Of a stretch of DNA of 64,000 nt, positions 34,801-58,559 are shown in pieces (the stretch's first letter is position 1; each line of letters starts with the position of its first letter). A program made the translations under genes and the position numbers. Source of the DNA: Euglena gracilis (lineage: Eukaryota). The stretch spans positions 40,789,572-40,853,571 of the forward strand of contig CP154954.1 in assembly GCA_039621445.1 (NCBI GenBank). Direction: 5' to 3'. The notes beneath the pieces were generated by a model, which was not told the origin of the DNA, did no database searches, and saw only the letters and a list, made by a program, of their open reading frames with translations.

Positions 34801-37800
34801 ACAAAAAAACGAGCATTTTGGAAGACAGGTTTGCATGTGTTCCCCAAGCGAGTCCCACACTCAGACCACGAAGTCATGCAAGGTTTCTGTTTCATCTATC
34901 AACCACATTGAGTACCACATTACGTCATAAACCTAAGACAATATTCTTCCAAATGGGCTGGGAAACCAGGGCAAGCACGTCCAGACCATACCATTGTTTA
35001 ATGTGTATCCGACCTTACCCTCGGGGGCAGGTGACTGACTAGTTTTGGCTCCAGATCCCCCCCTCGGGGTGGGCTCGGCCAGGTTTGGCCGAAAGTGGCC
35101 AACCGGCGTGGAAGGCACCAGAAATTTTTGGGGGGTTTTGACCAAAATCCTTTTTGGCCATTTTTGGCCAAGTTGCCGACCCCCAAGGGGGGAGGAAGTG
35201 TGTGGCTGGTTTTTGAAAAGTGAGCGACTGGTTTTTTTTGACAGTGGAAAGTGACCCCCCCCCCAGGGGGCCGGTCAGCAATGGTATGGTCTACTGCAGG
35301 TCCAGACGCTTGGTGTTTTGGTGCTGTTGTCGGGATTTATGTCCCCGGTGGCCAAAGGGGGGAACCCTTTTCACCTCCGAGTGGAACCCGTATTAAGCCT
35401 AAGTCCTGTGCACAACTGATTTTGGCCCAGGTATTTCCCCCCGATTTCCCGCTCCGTTGACCCTGTGGCCACTGCCCTCCCCCCCCCTCCCACGGGTTGC
35501 CACAGATGCAGCGGCGGGACATGACCCGGGACGTGGTCAGCGCGGCGTACCGGCCCCCGGAGCTGCTGCTGCAGACCAAGGCGCCGTACAACAGCGCGGT
35601 GGACATGTGGTCCCTCGGTGGGATCCTGTACGAGGTGTGGCCCACCGCCACCAGGCCGGGGCCCCCCCCCCCCCCCCCCCCCCCGCCGCCGCCTCCTCCC
35701 AGCAAAAGGCGCCGACGCTCTCCCATAAAAGGCATTATTTTTTAAGGCAAAAAAATCAATCAATAAATCAGGTGTTTAGGACGTTTTTATAAAGTTGTTT
35801 TGAGGGGGTTTCAGGCATTTTTTCAAAAAATAATTTAAGTGTCTATTTTCCAAGGCAATCAAAGAGTCCTGAACCAACGTCGGTCTGTTGAAAATCAAAA
35901 AAAACCAACCACCAAAAAACACCAACACATTGTTTTGAGTTAACTTTTAAAATTTTTCAAAACCTTTAAACAGTCGTTCTGGAAAAACGTTCAAGTTTCG
36001 AGCAAAGAATAAATTGCAAATTTATCAGCAAAACAAGCCAACTCTGGGGGAGAGATTGATCTCTGCAATCGCTGGGACATTGTCCCTCCACCCAAAATTT
36101 TTAAGCGTTTTGGCCAAGCTTTCAAGGCGTTTTTTGAAGATTTTTTTAGGACCCGTATCTTTTGTTGCAGTGGACAGCGGCCGCCTTGTCCCGACCGGTT
36201 CCCCCTCCCCTGCCCTTTTGCCCATTCCCATTTCCAGATGGTGACGGCCAAGCAGCTCTTCCCCGGCAAGAAGCCGAAGCACACCCTGCTGCGGGTGCTG
36301 AGCACCATCCCCCTCCCCAGGGCCGGGCCGGCGGTCCCCCTCCCCCGCCATCGTTTCGCGGTCCCGCCCGGAGAGAACGCCCCAAGTTCAGCAAGAAAGC
36401 CCCCCCCCCCCTGAGGGGTGGCCGGACCGCCCGGGGTTCGGCCACCGCTGGGCGTCTGCCCTTGCACTGAGCCGGCCCCAAAGGACCCTTCCAACTCCGA
36501 CGCTTCTTTTGTGTAGATTTGTATGCGGGTGTCAGGAATGGACAGGAGTGGGGCCGGGGTGAGGGGCTGCGGGCGGGCGTAAAGCAGGTCGAATCGCCAA
36601 AATCAAACCTCCCCCGCCCAGGGGTTACGCACGTTCCGGGCCACCCGCAGTCCTCCAAAGAACCCGGACCCCTCCCCCTAGCCCGCCGCCCTGCCGCCGC
36701 CCCCGTTCCCGGAGCTGGACTGGCTGACCAGCGAGTCCCAACAATTCCTGCGCCGCAACTGCCCAGGGCCCGCCCACCGCCCCCCCCCCCCCCTGTGGCG
36801 GTGGCTGCGGTGGACCGGGTCGGAGGGAGGGGGCAGGATTGGGTCTCCAGAGCCAAGGGGGGGCACTGCCGCCGTCCGCCGCTGCGGACCACACTGCAGG
36901 CGAAGCTGCAGGGCAAGATGGCCACCGCGGGGGTCACGCTGGCCGCCCGGCTGCTCACGCTGGACCCGGCGAAGCGGCCCACGGCGGCGGAGGTGATGCG
37001 CAACCCGTGGCTGAAGAAGGTGCAGGTGTGGCGGTTGCCCGGGTGGTGTTGATGTTGTTTTTTTGGCTTTGGGGTTCTGGTGGTTCCATGCTGTGAACAC
37101 CTGTTCATAATTTTTTGTGTGTGTGTGTGTTTTTTTTTTGCAGTGCGCATGCACAATTGGCACAGCTCGGTTTTTGTGGCAATTGAGGATGCATATTATA
37201 TCAAATCAAATCCCTCTTTGGCAATGCTTGTAACCAGTTCATTCACCAATCCATTCACCCCCGTTCGAGAGAGCAAGCGCCCCAACCATTAAACGGAGGT
37301 GCAAACTTGGCGGATATTTGGGGTGGTGCGAAAGCATTACGGCAGCCACAATAAGTGGATGCACAGTGATTGGGGGTTCCACGGTGCAAGAGGCATCAAG
37401 AGGTTTCAATAGCCCTGGGCAGTCCAAACAAAGAACTGGTCTTACGCATCGTTACATACACATTGAAGCCCCTGATGCTCTGACAATCCTCAGGCGGATC
37501 CCCCCGAAAGCCCCCCCCCATTTTTGGCGATTTTCCCAGCTTTTTTGAAACTTTGGCAAACCGGTCAAAAGTTCCCCCTCTTCCCAACCAAAAGAAAAAA
37601 GCCCCAAAATCCGCAAATTCAGCCATCACTAAAGGAGAGGCAGCTTTTATCTGATGAAAGCGCAGTTAATTTCTCATTTGAAGACAGGCTTTGTGCAATT
37701 TAGTCATGAACATACACCCCTTCTCTTTGTCCAAGAATGGGAATAGTGTGGTGAAAAGGTCAAGCTCCCTCCCAAAATGCCGAAAAACATTTAGGGGGGG

Positions 37801-37866
37801 ATACACGGTTCGGGACTGTAGGTTGATTGAGTATTTCATCTCCCGCAGCGTCTGGGTTTTGTTTGC

Positions 37867-37952
<86 letters not shown>

Positions 37953-38484
37953 CCAAGTTCTGTCCACACCTCCAATGACACATATGCAATTTGTCATGCC
38001 GCGCAGGGTTGGGGTTGCCCCGGGTATTAAACCGCTTCCTCTCCTGTGCAGAACCCTGCCAACGAGTTCACTGCCAACCGGAAGTTCCAGTGGCCCTCCG
38101 ATCGGGCAAACCTGTTCGGGGCGGTATGGGCCAAAGTGACGTTGGGTGTTGGGGGCAGGCTCAAGAGGCAGCCACACCTCCCTAATGACCACACCTCACG
38201 GGTTTGCCACGCACGCACGCATGCACATACATACACACGCACACATGCGTGTGCACACACGCATACACACACACACATACACACACAAGCAACACACGCA
38301 TGCACACACAAACAACACACACACGCACCCGGCCACCGCCCCGACCCCATCCGCCAGCCGGCTGCGGGCGCTGTTCTGGCAGGAGATGCTGGGGGAGACC
38401 GCCCCGCCGGGCCTCGTCCCTCCCCTCGCCGTGGGCACCTCCCTCTCCTTCAGCTCTCCCCCCAGCCCCAGCCCAGGGCCCAAG
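28840..38484 (+). CDS. MAPK-like (CMGC) Ser/Thr protein kinase, N-terminus and catalytic domain
   Basis: Exons 28840-28904, 29496-29675, 30257-30333, 31189-31334, 32242-32348, 32661-32760, 33155-33232, 35506-35634, 36238-36321, 36706-36767, 36851-37025, 38052-38113, 38349-~38484. Motifs in order: [104 protein letters not shown]. Confidence 0.93.
34984..35291. mobile_element. MITE family C (related copy at ~50071-50335 and a fragment at ~49295-49382)
   Basis: Inverted ends GACCATACCATTG / CAATGGTATGGTC. Internal GAAGGCACCAGAAA..TTTGGGGGG and GGAAAGTGACCCCCC motifs are shared with the other copies. Confidence 0.75.
37866..37953. repeat. (CAA)n microsatellite, intronic
   Basis: Pure trinucleotide array. 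Confidence 0.95.
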
Positions 38485-38749
38485 GCCGGACAATTGCCGC
38501 TCTGGACTCCTCCCGAGTGCCTCTCGGGCCGTCTTGGCTGCAGGAACTCCAACATTTGTCTGACTGCAAGGGTGGATGACAGCACGCAGGCTGTCATCCC
38601 GTCTTTGGACACAATTCTCATCATTCCGCATGACAGGAATGGGCTCGGCACAGCTGTCACTTTTCGCCCATAAACAAATCTAGGAACGGCCCCGCCAATG
38701 TGGGCCGAGGGAGGGCGGCCCCGGCCCTGCCCCCGCCCCCACCCGGGCC

Positions 38750-48900
<10,151 letters not shown>

Positions 48901-50819
48901 GGTGGGTGGAGGTTTTCTTTTGGTGTCTGCATTGCTTCGTTGTTTGGTGTTCTGTCATTGGACCACGTCGTTGTTTTGCACTTCTGGCACCGGGGAATGG
49001 GGCACACCCAGGCTGGCCCTTTTCCGCCTTCTTCCCCTGACCTTCGCCTAACCACATGTAGTGCACCACGGCCTTGTAGTGTGCGGTGCGGAATTTCTCA
49101 TCTCTCTGACGCCACCGGGGAGTTGCACACGCATAAATATTTCAGAAGTTATTCACATTTGATTTCAGGGTAGTCTGGTCAATGTTTTTTTTTTAAACCT
49201 CAGAGTTCTCACTCGATGCCCGCCGCTTCCGGGGCGTCGCGCACCTTTTGTTCTCGTTTCATTCACCCCTCTGGGGAGAATTGGGTGTAGGGATGCGGAA
49301 GTGGGTGACTGGTTCCCGAAAAGTGAATGACTGGTTTTTTGAAAGTGGAAAGTGACCCCCCGGGGATCGGTAATAATGGTCTGGACCCCCCCTCCCCCTC
49401 CTCCTGAGGGCTACCCTTGGTACCAAGAAAATCCTCCCTAGCGCTTTGCACCAGGGAAGTTGCTTTGCACTAGGGAACATGTGTTTTGCACCGTAAAACT
49501 CATGTTGTTATTATCTGCTTTGTCAATACGGGGGGAGAAAACTTGCGTGAAAATGCAGTGTGGGGCACTTTTTGAAGCCCCTCAAAAATCTTTCCATTTT
49601 TCGGCCACTTTTGGCCATTTTTGGCCAGTGTTTGTTGCTTCTGGCTCCTTCTTGCTGCTTTTCGCTGTCTTTGGCAATTTTTTTGCTGCTTTGTCTTTGT
49701 CACTTTTTAGCACCCTTTTTTCCCACCTTTGGCTATTTTTGACCACTATTGGCCTTTTTTGGCCACATTTGGCCATTTTGACCATTTTTGGCCATTTTTT
49801 GCCATTTTTGGGGATAAGCTCGAAAAATCTTCCTTTCTCAGCAATCTCGAGGGGGGGATTCCTCAAGAATCTCGATTTTCTCAGACCCCAGATCAAGACC
49901 CAACCTTGATGCAAATAAGTGAGGGGAACGCATTTGTGACACCGGAAAAATTTTTTATCCCCCAATGTCTGCCCTGGACGACCCCCTCCGGGGTGAGAGC
50001 ACCCCCTGGGGGGTGGGAGCATCCCCTGGGCAGTGCTCCCTCCCCCCGTCTGAAAACATCCCTGGTCCCAACCATACCATTGCTTAAGTTGTGTCTGACC
50101 CCCCCCCCCCTTGGAGGCGACTGACTGGTTTTTGCAGAGTGGCTGAATGGTTTTTGGACCCCCCCCCCCTGGGTTGGCCAGGAATGGCTGAAGGTGGCCA
50201 CCTGGCACCGAAGGCACCAGAAAATTTGGGGGGGGTTTGGCCAGAATCCATTGACAAAGTGAAAAGTGAGATTGATTGGCTGGTTTTTGAAAGGAAAGTG
50301 ACCCCCCCCCCGTGGTTGGTAAGCAATGGCATGTTCCCACCCCCCCAGGGTCATCCACACATCATCCTCATTCATATTTCCCTGATGGGGGGGGGGACGG
50401 AGGGACGGCTGGATTTCATTCAACGCATCCATTTCACATGTTTGTGAAGGTCTATGATGAAAGTTTCCGTCAATTGTGCCCATTCTTCATTCGATGCCAC
50501 ACTCCCTCTTCTTCTCTTTCTTCTCCATCTGTGATGCACCTTTTTGTCCACGGCCACTGTAAAATATTCTGGTCCTTGAGTGGGGCTCTTAATTGCTTTC
50601 CCCCCCCTCCCCCAGAAAATAATCCGGAATGGATGCCCCACAGGTTTTTCAATCACAAAATTGACACAAAACCTCGGTTTTTAAGGAGGAAGGGGCCCTC
50701 CCCCCCTCCGGGCATTGTTTTTCTGTCCACCCTCCCCTCAGGGTTGCCAAAGACAGGTTGGGTTCAGGTTGAATTTTAAGGCGGTGCTGACCCCGCACCC
50801 TGGGGGGTGCCTCCCTTTG

Positions 50820-53800
50820 CAGGCACTCCCAGACAACGCACCCAGCAGGGTACTTGGCCGAAAGTGCCTGGGCCTTTCAGCACCGAAGGCGCCAGACACC
50901 TCGGGTTCCGCACTTTGCCCTTGTGAGGCCATGCCTTGCTCGCCGGCGGTTTGATGCGATTGACACCTCGGGCTCCGCACTTTGCCATCGTGAGGCCATG
51001 CCTTGCTCGCCGGCGGTCTGTCGTGATTGCTCTGGTGCGCTGGGTTAGGAGTCCCTGCTTGGTGCCTTTTGTCGCCGGGGTTGACTGATTCTTGACTTGC
51101 CCTTCGACACCCAGAAGAAAGGAAGAGAGGTCACGAACGAAGAAGAGCCAAGAGCAGAAGTCGTACTCCCTCGAGGCAGACCGAGAAGGGAGGAAGGGAC
51201 ACCGAGGGCGAAGCACAAAGACATTGAATTCAATATCCAGAAGGACACGACCCAGACGAATATAAATTGTAAAGTCAATTATCAAAATTCAATTTGGACT
51301 TCAATGAGCAATGCAATGGAAAAGAAATTTGAATTCTATAGCCACAGACGTCCTGGGTCTGGCCGCAGCGGCTGGAGAACTCGGAAATGCGGTGGACAAC
51401 GTGAAAAAACTGTGGCCGCTCGTATCCCCCAGACCCCCACCCCAGAAATTTCCCAGCACAAATCCCCCCAATGACGGCCACGGTCCTTGGACCACTGTGT
51501 CCAGAAGGCCCAGAAAAAAGCAGTCAGCCCCAGCCCTTGGTGGGCAAAGGAGGGGCCATGGAGGCCCAAAATGCCTCCCAAAGAGACATTCAAGGCCCAC
51601 ACATCAGGGGCATCTACCCCAAAGGCGCACAGTCGCCTGTACACAACTTGGCCAGAAGATGGGGAGATGGAATCAACGCCAAGGAGGTGTTCGCCACGGC
51701 GGGGGGGGGTAGGTAGGGGGGTTAGGGGGTAGGGGGGGTTGGGGGGGTCGCTGAGCTCTTATCCCTTTATGGGTAAGAGCGAAGCTTACCCCTGGCGAAA
51801 CCCCCCCTCGACCCCCCCCTCCCCCCCCGCCCCCCCGGGGCCCCCCGGGTCGGGGCCACCTCGGGAACCGGCGGATTATCACCATGACGGTTCCCGGAAC
51901 TTTTTTTTCAGTCGCGAGCGACTGGATTCTAGTTTCCGAATCACCTGGGTTTGACCCCCAACTCCCCGCCAGGCCCGAGTTATTCACGCGCGAAGGGGTC
52001 CAAACTGGGTAGGATTCGCCCGCCCGCCCCTGGATAAGCCCCCCCCCCCTTTGGACTCTGCCATTTCGGCCAAAAAAAATGTCAATTTTCAAAATATCTC
52101 CAAAATGAAGCCAAATAAAAGGAAATGTCCGAAGACCAAATTTTATGACCTTGGAACGCCCCATCTGCTGGTATTTTGATTTCCCCGCAACTCCCCGCCT
52201 AGCCCGAGATACGGCCGTTTTCGTCCCGGATGGCCGTTTTGTGCACTTTTACCACTGTCCGACTTAGCCTTTTTTCGGCCAAAATTCAGCCAAAAATCAA
52301 TATTTTCAAAATATCTCCAAAATGATGCAAAATCAAAGGAAATGTCCGGAAACCTGAATTGAAGCCCTTGGAACGCTCTATCTACTGGGATTTTGGTTTC
52401 CTCGCAGCTCACCGCCCAGCCCGAGATACGGCCGTTTTTCGGGCCATGGGGGCCAATTTTACAAGCAAATCCCCTCAGTAAGGGGCAGAAAAGGTCTGTC
52501 AACCCCCCCCCCCAATTCATCTTACAGAACAGCCCTTGTCAAGGGCAAAACGGGTGGCCACAGCAGCCCCCCCGGATTTTCAGTGGGGTTGGAGGCCAAG
52601 AAGAATTCAAGGCCTGGAATAACAACAGATGTATTATGGAAAAATATTTATACCTGGAGACCTTGGAGGCCAGCAGGGTGCACCCACAGTGGCCACCAAG
52701 AAGCTAAGGAATATCATGCTGGAGAAAACCCCCGAGGGACCACAGAGGTCCTCTGCCAAAAAAAAATTGAAAAAGGGACCCACAGTGGCCATTTCAATGA
52801 CCCAGCCCCAGGAGGAAAATGGACCCATAGTGGCCCTTTCAAGGACCCAGTTCCCAGAGGAAAAGGGACCCACAGTGGCCCTTTTGGAGGGAGGGGCAAG
52901 AACCCCTCCAACAATTATTTCTCAATTCCCGATCATTCAATCAGGGGGGGACCCACAGAGGCCCTCCTATGGTATGTCAACCAACCATATCAACATGGAG
53001 GAGACCTGATAGGCAAAACAGGGGCATTGAGCCCTATGGTATGTCTTCCAACAACAAGATCCTCCAGGGAGGTGAGCAGAGAGTGTGTGTGTGTGTGCAT
53101 GCACATCCCCCCAGAGAAAAATTCTTTTTCCAAGGGCCCAAGCCCTAGGAGACCTAGGGGTGCAATGTCCAACACCCCCAGCCCCCCCCCCAAAAAATCA
53201 TCTCATCCAGGAAATAAATTCCATGGAGGAAAAATGGGGAGACACCCCCCTTCATCAAATGTTTCAAAAAATTAAAAAGGTTGACAAAAAACGCCCCCCC
53301 CCCCAACAACATGTCAACTCATCAGGGATGGCGTTCAATCCCCCCGGGGAAACCCACCAAAATTGTCCACCCACCCGAAAACCAGAGCAAATTTGAACCT
53401 AAACCAAGCAGAAAGAATACTACAGGATTACGAAAAATCTGGATCCGTAAAGAGGGTAAGGGATTCAACCACCCAGCCCCTGATCCCCTGGTTTTTGATT
53501 TCAAAACCAGAGGGGCAGACAAAATGGAGATTAATAAGCGATTGCAGGGAAATAAATCAACGGATCCAAGTGAAACCTTTCAAGCTGGATCACATCCAGC
53601 ACTTTTTTCCTGTGTTGGAAAAAGGCCACTGGGAAGCAAAAATAGACCTAAAGGATGCTCACGTCCACATCCCAGTGAGCCAGGCCCTAAGGCCCTTTCT
53701 AAGACATCAGGTGGGGGGGCAGGCCTGGGAATTCCAGGCAGGCTGTTTTGGCCTAAATGTGACGCCCCAAATTATCATGTCAGTAATGAAAACATTCGAA

Positions 53801-54900
53801 AAGTTGTGGAGGAAAAGGTGCATCCAGGTATTTATTTACCTGAACGACATTTTACTGGTAGCCCCAACACAAAACATCTTACACAGTGGTCAGGGATTTA
53901 ATAATATCAGGTTTCAAAATCAATGTCAAAAAGTCCACCCTGCAGCCCACCCAAATCGTAAATCACCTTGGGTTTCAACTAAACTTCCAAGAGCGCAAAT
54001 TACAAGTGCCCCCCCCAGAAAATAAAAACAGTAAAAAAGGAGCTGGGAAAAATGATGAAAAAGGATCACATGTCAAAAAGGCAGTTGGATGCCATTTTGG
54101 GGAAAATCGGATGCAATCTAATGGCCCTGCCCTTTCTAAGGGCCTTTACGGATGCCCTGGCAATTTTTTTGGTGGATAATTACACAGCCCCCTGGGCTCA
54201 AAACACCCCATTTCCCAAAGAATAAAGGACCAATTAAGACAAATAAAAATTCTCCTGGACTCCTGGGGGGGCAGCCCCTTCCCCCAAATTGCAACCAGTG
54301 AGTTGCACTCAGACTGAAGTACCCATGTCTGGGGGGGGGGGGGCTGGACATTCGAACAGGCAAAATCGCGCAAGAATTTTGGAGTGAAAACTCCATTTTG
54401 CACATAAATGTCAAGGAAGTGCAGCAATAAGCACAGTTCAAAGCCTCAGCCAGCCAGTAGAAACTGTGTCCCTGTCAGTGGACAATAAAGTAATTTACGA
54501 TTTCATAACAAAAGGGAGGGGGCAGAAAAGACCCCTTCGATTATATGCTAAGAACCTTTTTCAAATGGTGCATGTAACACAACATAAACCTGCAAGTAAA
54601 GTGGATCCCTTCAAAGGAATGCATAGCACACCCCATAAGCAGGTGGGAAATGGACAGGGGGATTATTCACTGGACCTCCAACTTTTTAAAGGGCCGAGGC
54701 AGCAGTTCAAACGTTACGTAACCCTGAAAACAGCCCTTTTTGCCTCACCAGGCAACAAAAAACTGCCACAATTTGTGGCCAGGTGGCCCCACTGGGAAGC
54801 CACAGCAGTGGACGCATTGCAATGTCCACTGGACAACATGGCGGGACTTAATGTAAACCCCCCCTGGTCAGTAATTCTCCAGATTAAAAAGGTGGCCACT
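50820..54900 (+). mobile_element. Decayed, 3'-truncated DIRS-like retrotransposon (ORF1 remnants, RT, RNase H, Dam-like methyltransferase)
   Basis: RT at 53363-54025 (WRLISDCREIN, KIDLKDAHVHIPV, FGL, YLND). Frameshifted RNase H remnants (HINVKE, SVDN). DIRS-type MT follows (LFASPGNKKLPQF...VDAL...NPPW at ~54855). The RT-RH-MT order is typical of DIRS1. No tyrosine recombinase seen. 5' boundary approximate. Confidence 0.85.
51700..52515. mobile_element. Insertion interrupting DIRS ORF1; related in reverse orientation to ~40510-40795
   Basis: G-run/C-run inverted ends and an internal ~220-bp duplication. GGCCAAAAAAAATGTCAATTTTCAAAATATCTCCAAA closely matches the reverse complement of ~40757-40791. 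Confidence 0.55.
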
Positions 54901-56264
54901 CCCCCTACTGGGATTCAGCGACATGGTGGCCCCAGTTAATAAAAATGAAAGTACCAGGAACTTGTTTACCGGTCCCACCCCCTGTGCGCCGCCGGTCGCC
55001 CCCGCGACCGGCGAGTCCCGTTCGGCCGAGGGCCCGGGGGGGTCCCAGCCGTCGTGGATGACCACCGACAGCCGGGGGGTGGGTGTTTCCGGGGCGGGGC
55101 CTGTGATTTTTCTGGGGGTTGGTGGGCTCAGGCCAACTCGCAATTTTTCACCCAGGTGTTTTCCCCTACCACAGCCGGTGCGTAATATCGTTTTTTGGCG
55201 GTTTCCGAAAATTTGGTAAAAAACGAAAAGTCTTCCATTTTGAATGAAAACTCACTTTTCTCTCTTACACTCTCTCACGCTCTCTTGCACACCTTGAGGA
55301 CAAAAACCAACCCACAGACCAATCCACTGAATCCTGAAACTCTGGAAGTGAGAAACTGAAAGTAACTTAAGTGTGAACAATTGAAAACGAACTGTGAAAT
55401 GTAAATGTGTGAAAATGTGCAAACCTGCGGCAAGGAGGAGGGGTATAGGTAAGGTGGTGGTGGCGGTGTTGTAGGCTCCTTCAATCCAATCCTCCAATAA
55501 TTCCAACCAACAATGTAATGACCAACAATGTAACTGCAAACTCCAATTCAAAGTTCCAACAATGTGATTGATCAAATCCAATTCAATGTATTTCTTCTTT
55601 GCCAAAAAGTGGGGTAAACCCCTCAAGTTCTGTAAAAAAAAAACAGAATTTAAAAGCGCAAAATAATTTGACCCGCTTCCAATTTGTTTCGCGGGTTTTT
55701 TTAACTGATTGGCTGTTACCCGCGACTTTGTAATTTGTGCTTTCTGACAATTTTTGGCTGTCGGCGAAAGCTGGCGGCCGACACCCCCTCCCTTGCGACC
55801 TTAGTCGGACACCAAAAACTAGCCCCCCCCCCCCCCAGTTCCTGAACAACGGGGGGAAATTCTCCATTCGGCACTCTTTCACTCAAAGCCTATGTCCCAC
55901 ACAGGCTCCCTTGAACCAACCAAACATACCAAACAGGAAACAAAATTCAGGGACTATGGCTTTCAAGTGCCCTCAAACCTTTGGTAAAGATTCGGTTCAC
56001 CAACCAATGGATATTTGGCTGCCCCTTCCCCTCTTCTGACGGGTGGAATGAGGGTCTTCACTAAAATCTGCCCCCCGCCCACCTTTTTCCAACGGGCCGG
56101 GGGATTTTTGGTCAAAAATTCGGTTGGCAACCCCCGATTTTTGTCAAAAAAATCCAAGCCCCCCCCCCCTCCTCGGGCCGGGGGCATTTTTGGTCAAAAA
56201 ATCAAGCGACCCCCCCCTCTCCTCGGGCCGGGGGATTTTTGTCAAACCGAAGGGGGGCTCATAA

Positions 56265-56640
56265 TGTGACCAAGGACTTCCAAGCACAATGTAATCCATC
56301 ATCTCAAAGAATGAATCTGAAAAAGAATCCTTCTCCACAAACCCTAACAACACCGCCATGTGTGTATACGAGGGAGACGTGACGGCAACGGCAACGCGGG
56401 GGGTAAGGTGGTGGGAGGGAAGGGAAGAGGGACAGCGGACGGCAAATATAGAAAACTGGCAGCGAATGTACTGCGGTGCCCCTTCGCACTCCCGGCCCCC
56501 TTGCGGGACTTTTTCTCCATTCTTGTTGGCCATTCCTTGTTGCTTGGCCCTGTACATTCCCTCATTTACACGCTCATGCGTGTGTGCGTTCACTCACACC
56601 CACACAGACGTGCAAACACGGTTTTTGAATTTTTTCAGCA
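56265..56640 (-). repeat. Candidate 3' LTR of the gypsy element
   Basis: On the minus strand a purine tract AAAGGGAAGGCAAAG is followed directly by TG at 56640. A ...GGTCACA end at 56265 fits TG...CA. The partner LTR is outside the window, so the distal boundary is unverified. Confidence 0.5.
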
Positions 56641-56789
56641 CTTTGCCTTCCCTTTGGGCTCACCGTAGAGTCTTAGGCAGGGCCTTATGGCTCCACTTAG
56701 AGCCTATGGCCCACCGTCAATTTTTAGTTCGGACATTATGTCCATCTTCACTTTTTTCTCACGGCAATACAAACTCCCCACTGAATCTG

Positions 56790-58085
56790 TGAATGAAATT
56801 TCCAGCTGGTTCTCAGGTTTTCTCCCCATCCTCATATCCGACCCACTTTGTTAAAAACTCCCACTTTCCATCCTTTCCTTTCCGGTGCCTTAGAATTTTC
56901 TCCACCTCCCACTCATCAGGTAATGCCTCTTCTTCTTTTCGGTTTGTTTATAATAAAAAAGAGGCACCCCCTTACCTTCGACTTGGGGTTCCCGATACTC
57001 CTTCAAAAAACTCCTATGAGCCTTTGTCTCCACCCCAGGTTTAATCTCAATTAAATAACTCCGTTTCCCTTCTCCACCCTTCACGACCCCAGGTCCTACC
57101 CACCTAGAGTCAAGCTTCTCACCCGAACCTTCGGGTCTCCTATACCAACCAAACCGTCGTCCCCACCTTTAGGTGTTCCATTTCTTTCCTCCCTTTATTT
57201 ACCCTTGCCACCTCCTCCTCATGCTTTTTGTTGAGTATCCTAGCCACCCTCCCATCAATGTCTTGCATCCTTCGGATAAACTCCACCGAACCCTCACATT
57301 CTTTGGGTGGTTGTGTAGGGTGCCCCTGCCAATGGTCTTTCCCTTCCATGCAAAATTTCATATGGGCTGAACCCGCTTTCCCCCTTCACATCGTGAATTC
57401 GGTCCAAAACCCAATTGATTTTTTCCTCCGATTACAGTTTTCTAAACACCTCCATTACCTGTTGTCCGGCTCTTTCAACCCTCCCGTTTGCTTGGTGGTG
57501 GTATGCTTGGGAATACGCTTGCCTAATCCCCAAAAGTGCACACATACTTTTCCACCAAGTGCTTGTGAAATGCCTCCTTTGGTCACTCGAAATGACCGAA
57601 GGAACCCCAAAAGGCCTCCACTGATTTTTCACCATTTCCTTGGCCAACTTGGCACCGGTTAATCCCTTTTCCTTGCATGCAACCCCCACAATCCAACCCG
57701 AATGCCTATCGACACAAACGGCAAGGGTGTCATATTTCCCCCCATCGTGTAAAACCCTTGGTATTCGAAACAAATCGATGGCCACACTTGTCATTAGTGC
57801 AGGGGGTATGGGTGTGGACTTGATTGGTCCTTTCAAACTCTCCCCCCTCACACTCGTTTGGCACGTGGAACAATTTTTGCTGCAATTTTGATTGATTTGC
57901 TTTGCAGCCTTTTCATCAGCCCAAACAAAACGGATTGCCATGTGTTTCCAAAATCTTTCAGGGCCAACGTGCCCCAAAAACTCGTGATTTTCTTGAATCA
58001 CCAAGCGTTGAAAACTTTCAGGCACACACAACTTTTCCTCAAAAAACAGTTGGCCATTTAGCACTTTGAAGCCCTTTGGCCACAT
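56790..58085 (-). pseudogene. Integrase with HHCC finger, DDE core, GPY/F-like motif and C-terminal chromodomain
   Basis: HEFLGH...CSTCQ, IDLF, ISSDQ, HHQANGRVER; KLDSRWVGP (~57117-57091); EWEVEKILRHRKGKDGKWEFLTKWVGYEDGEKT*EPAGNF (~56914-56795) with TGA replacing the conserved Trp. Confidence 0.92.
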
Positions 58086-58559
58086 TGAACCGCCTTTGGT
58101 AGCTACCTATTTTTCTTTCCATGTGGGACATTGGGAATATGCTTCCCCCAATCACGCTCCCAAACGGGCTTGATATCCTTAGGGGTCGTACTTGGCAGGG
58201 CGTCCCCCAATTCCATACGGGTGTCCCCCCTCGAACTTTCTGCCGTCTCCGGGACAGGGGTCGTCTCCCCCCCCCACTTTCTCATCCCAAAAATGAACTC
58301 GTTTCTTTCCTTTCCTGGGCCCTTGGTGAGTGGGTGTCCACAGGGGTGTCTTTTCCTCCTGGGTCTACCCCACCCTCGGTTCCCCTCCTTGCGCACTCTC
58401 CTTTTTCCTCCTCAGGTGTTACGTTTTTGCCGCGACGGGTTGTCACGCCCCGTATCCAGGTATTACGAAAATTTTTCCTCTTCTTTTTCTTCCCGGATAA
58501 AATTTTCCATTTCATCCTTGTCTTCGGCCGACCCGTGCTTACTTATGTCCCTTTGGTCC

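Noticed and set aside
37827-38030. PolyQ/polyT ORF
   Set aside because: The (CAA)n tract lies inside a GT-AG intron (37026-38051) whose flanking exons join in frame.
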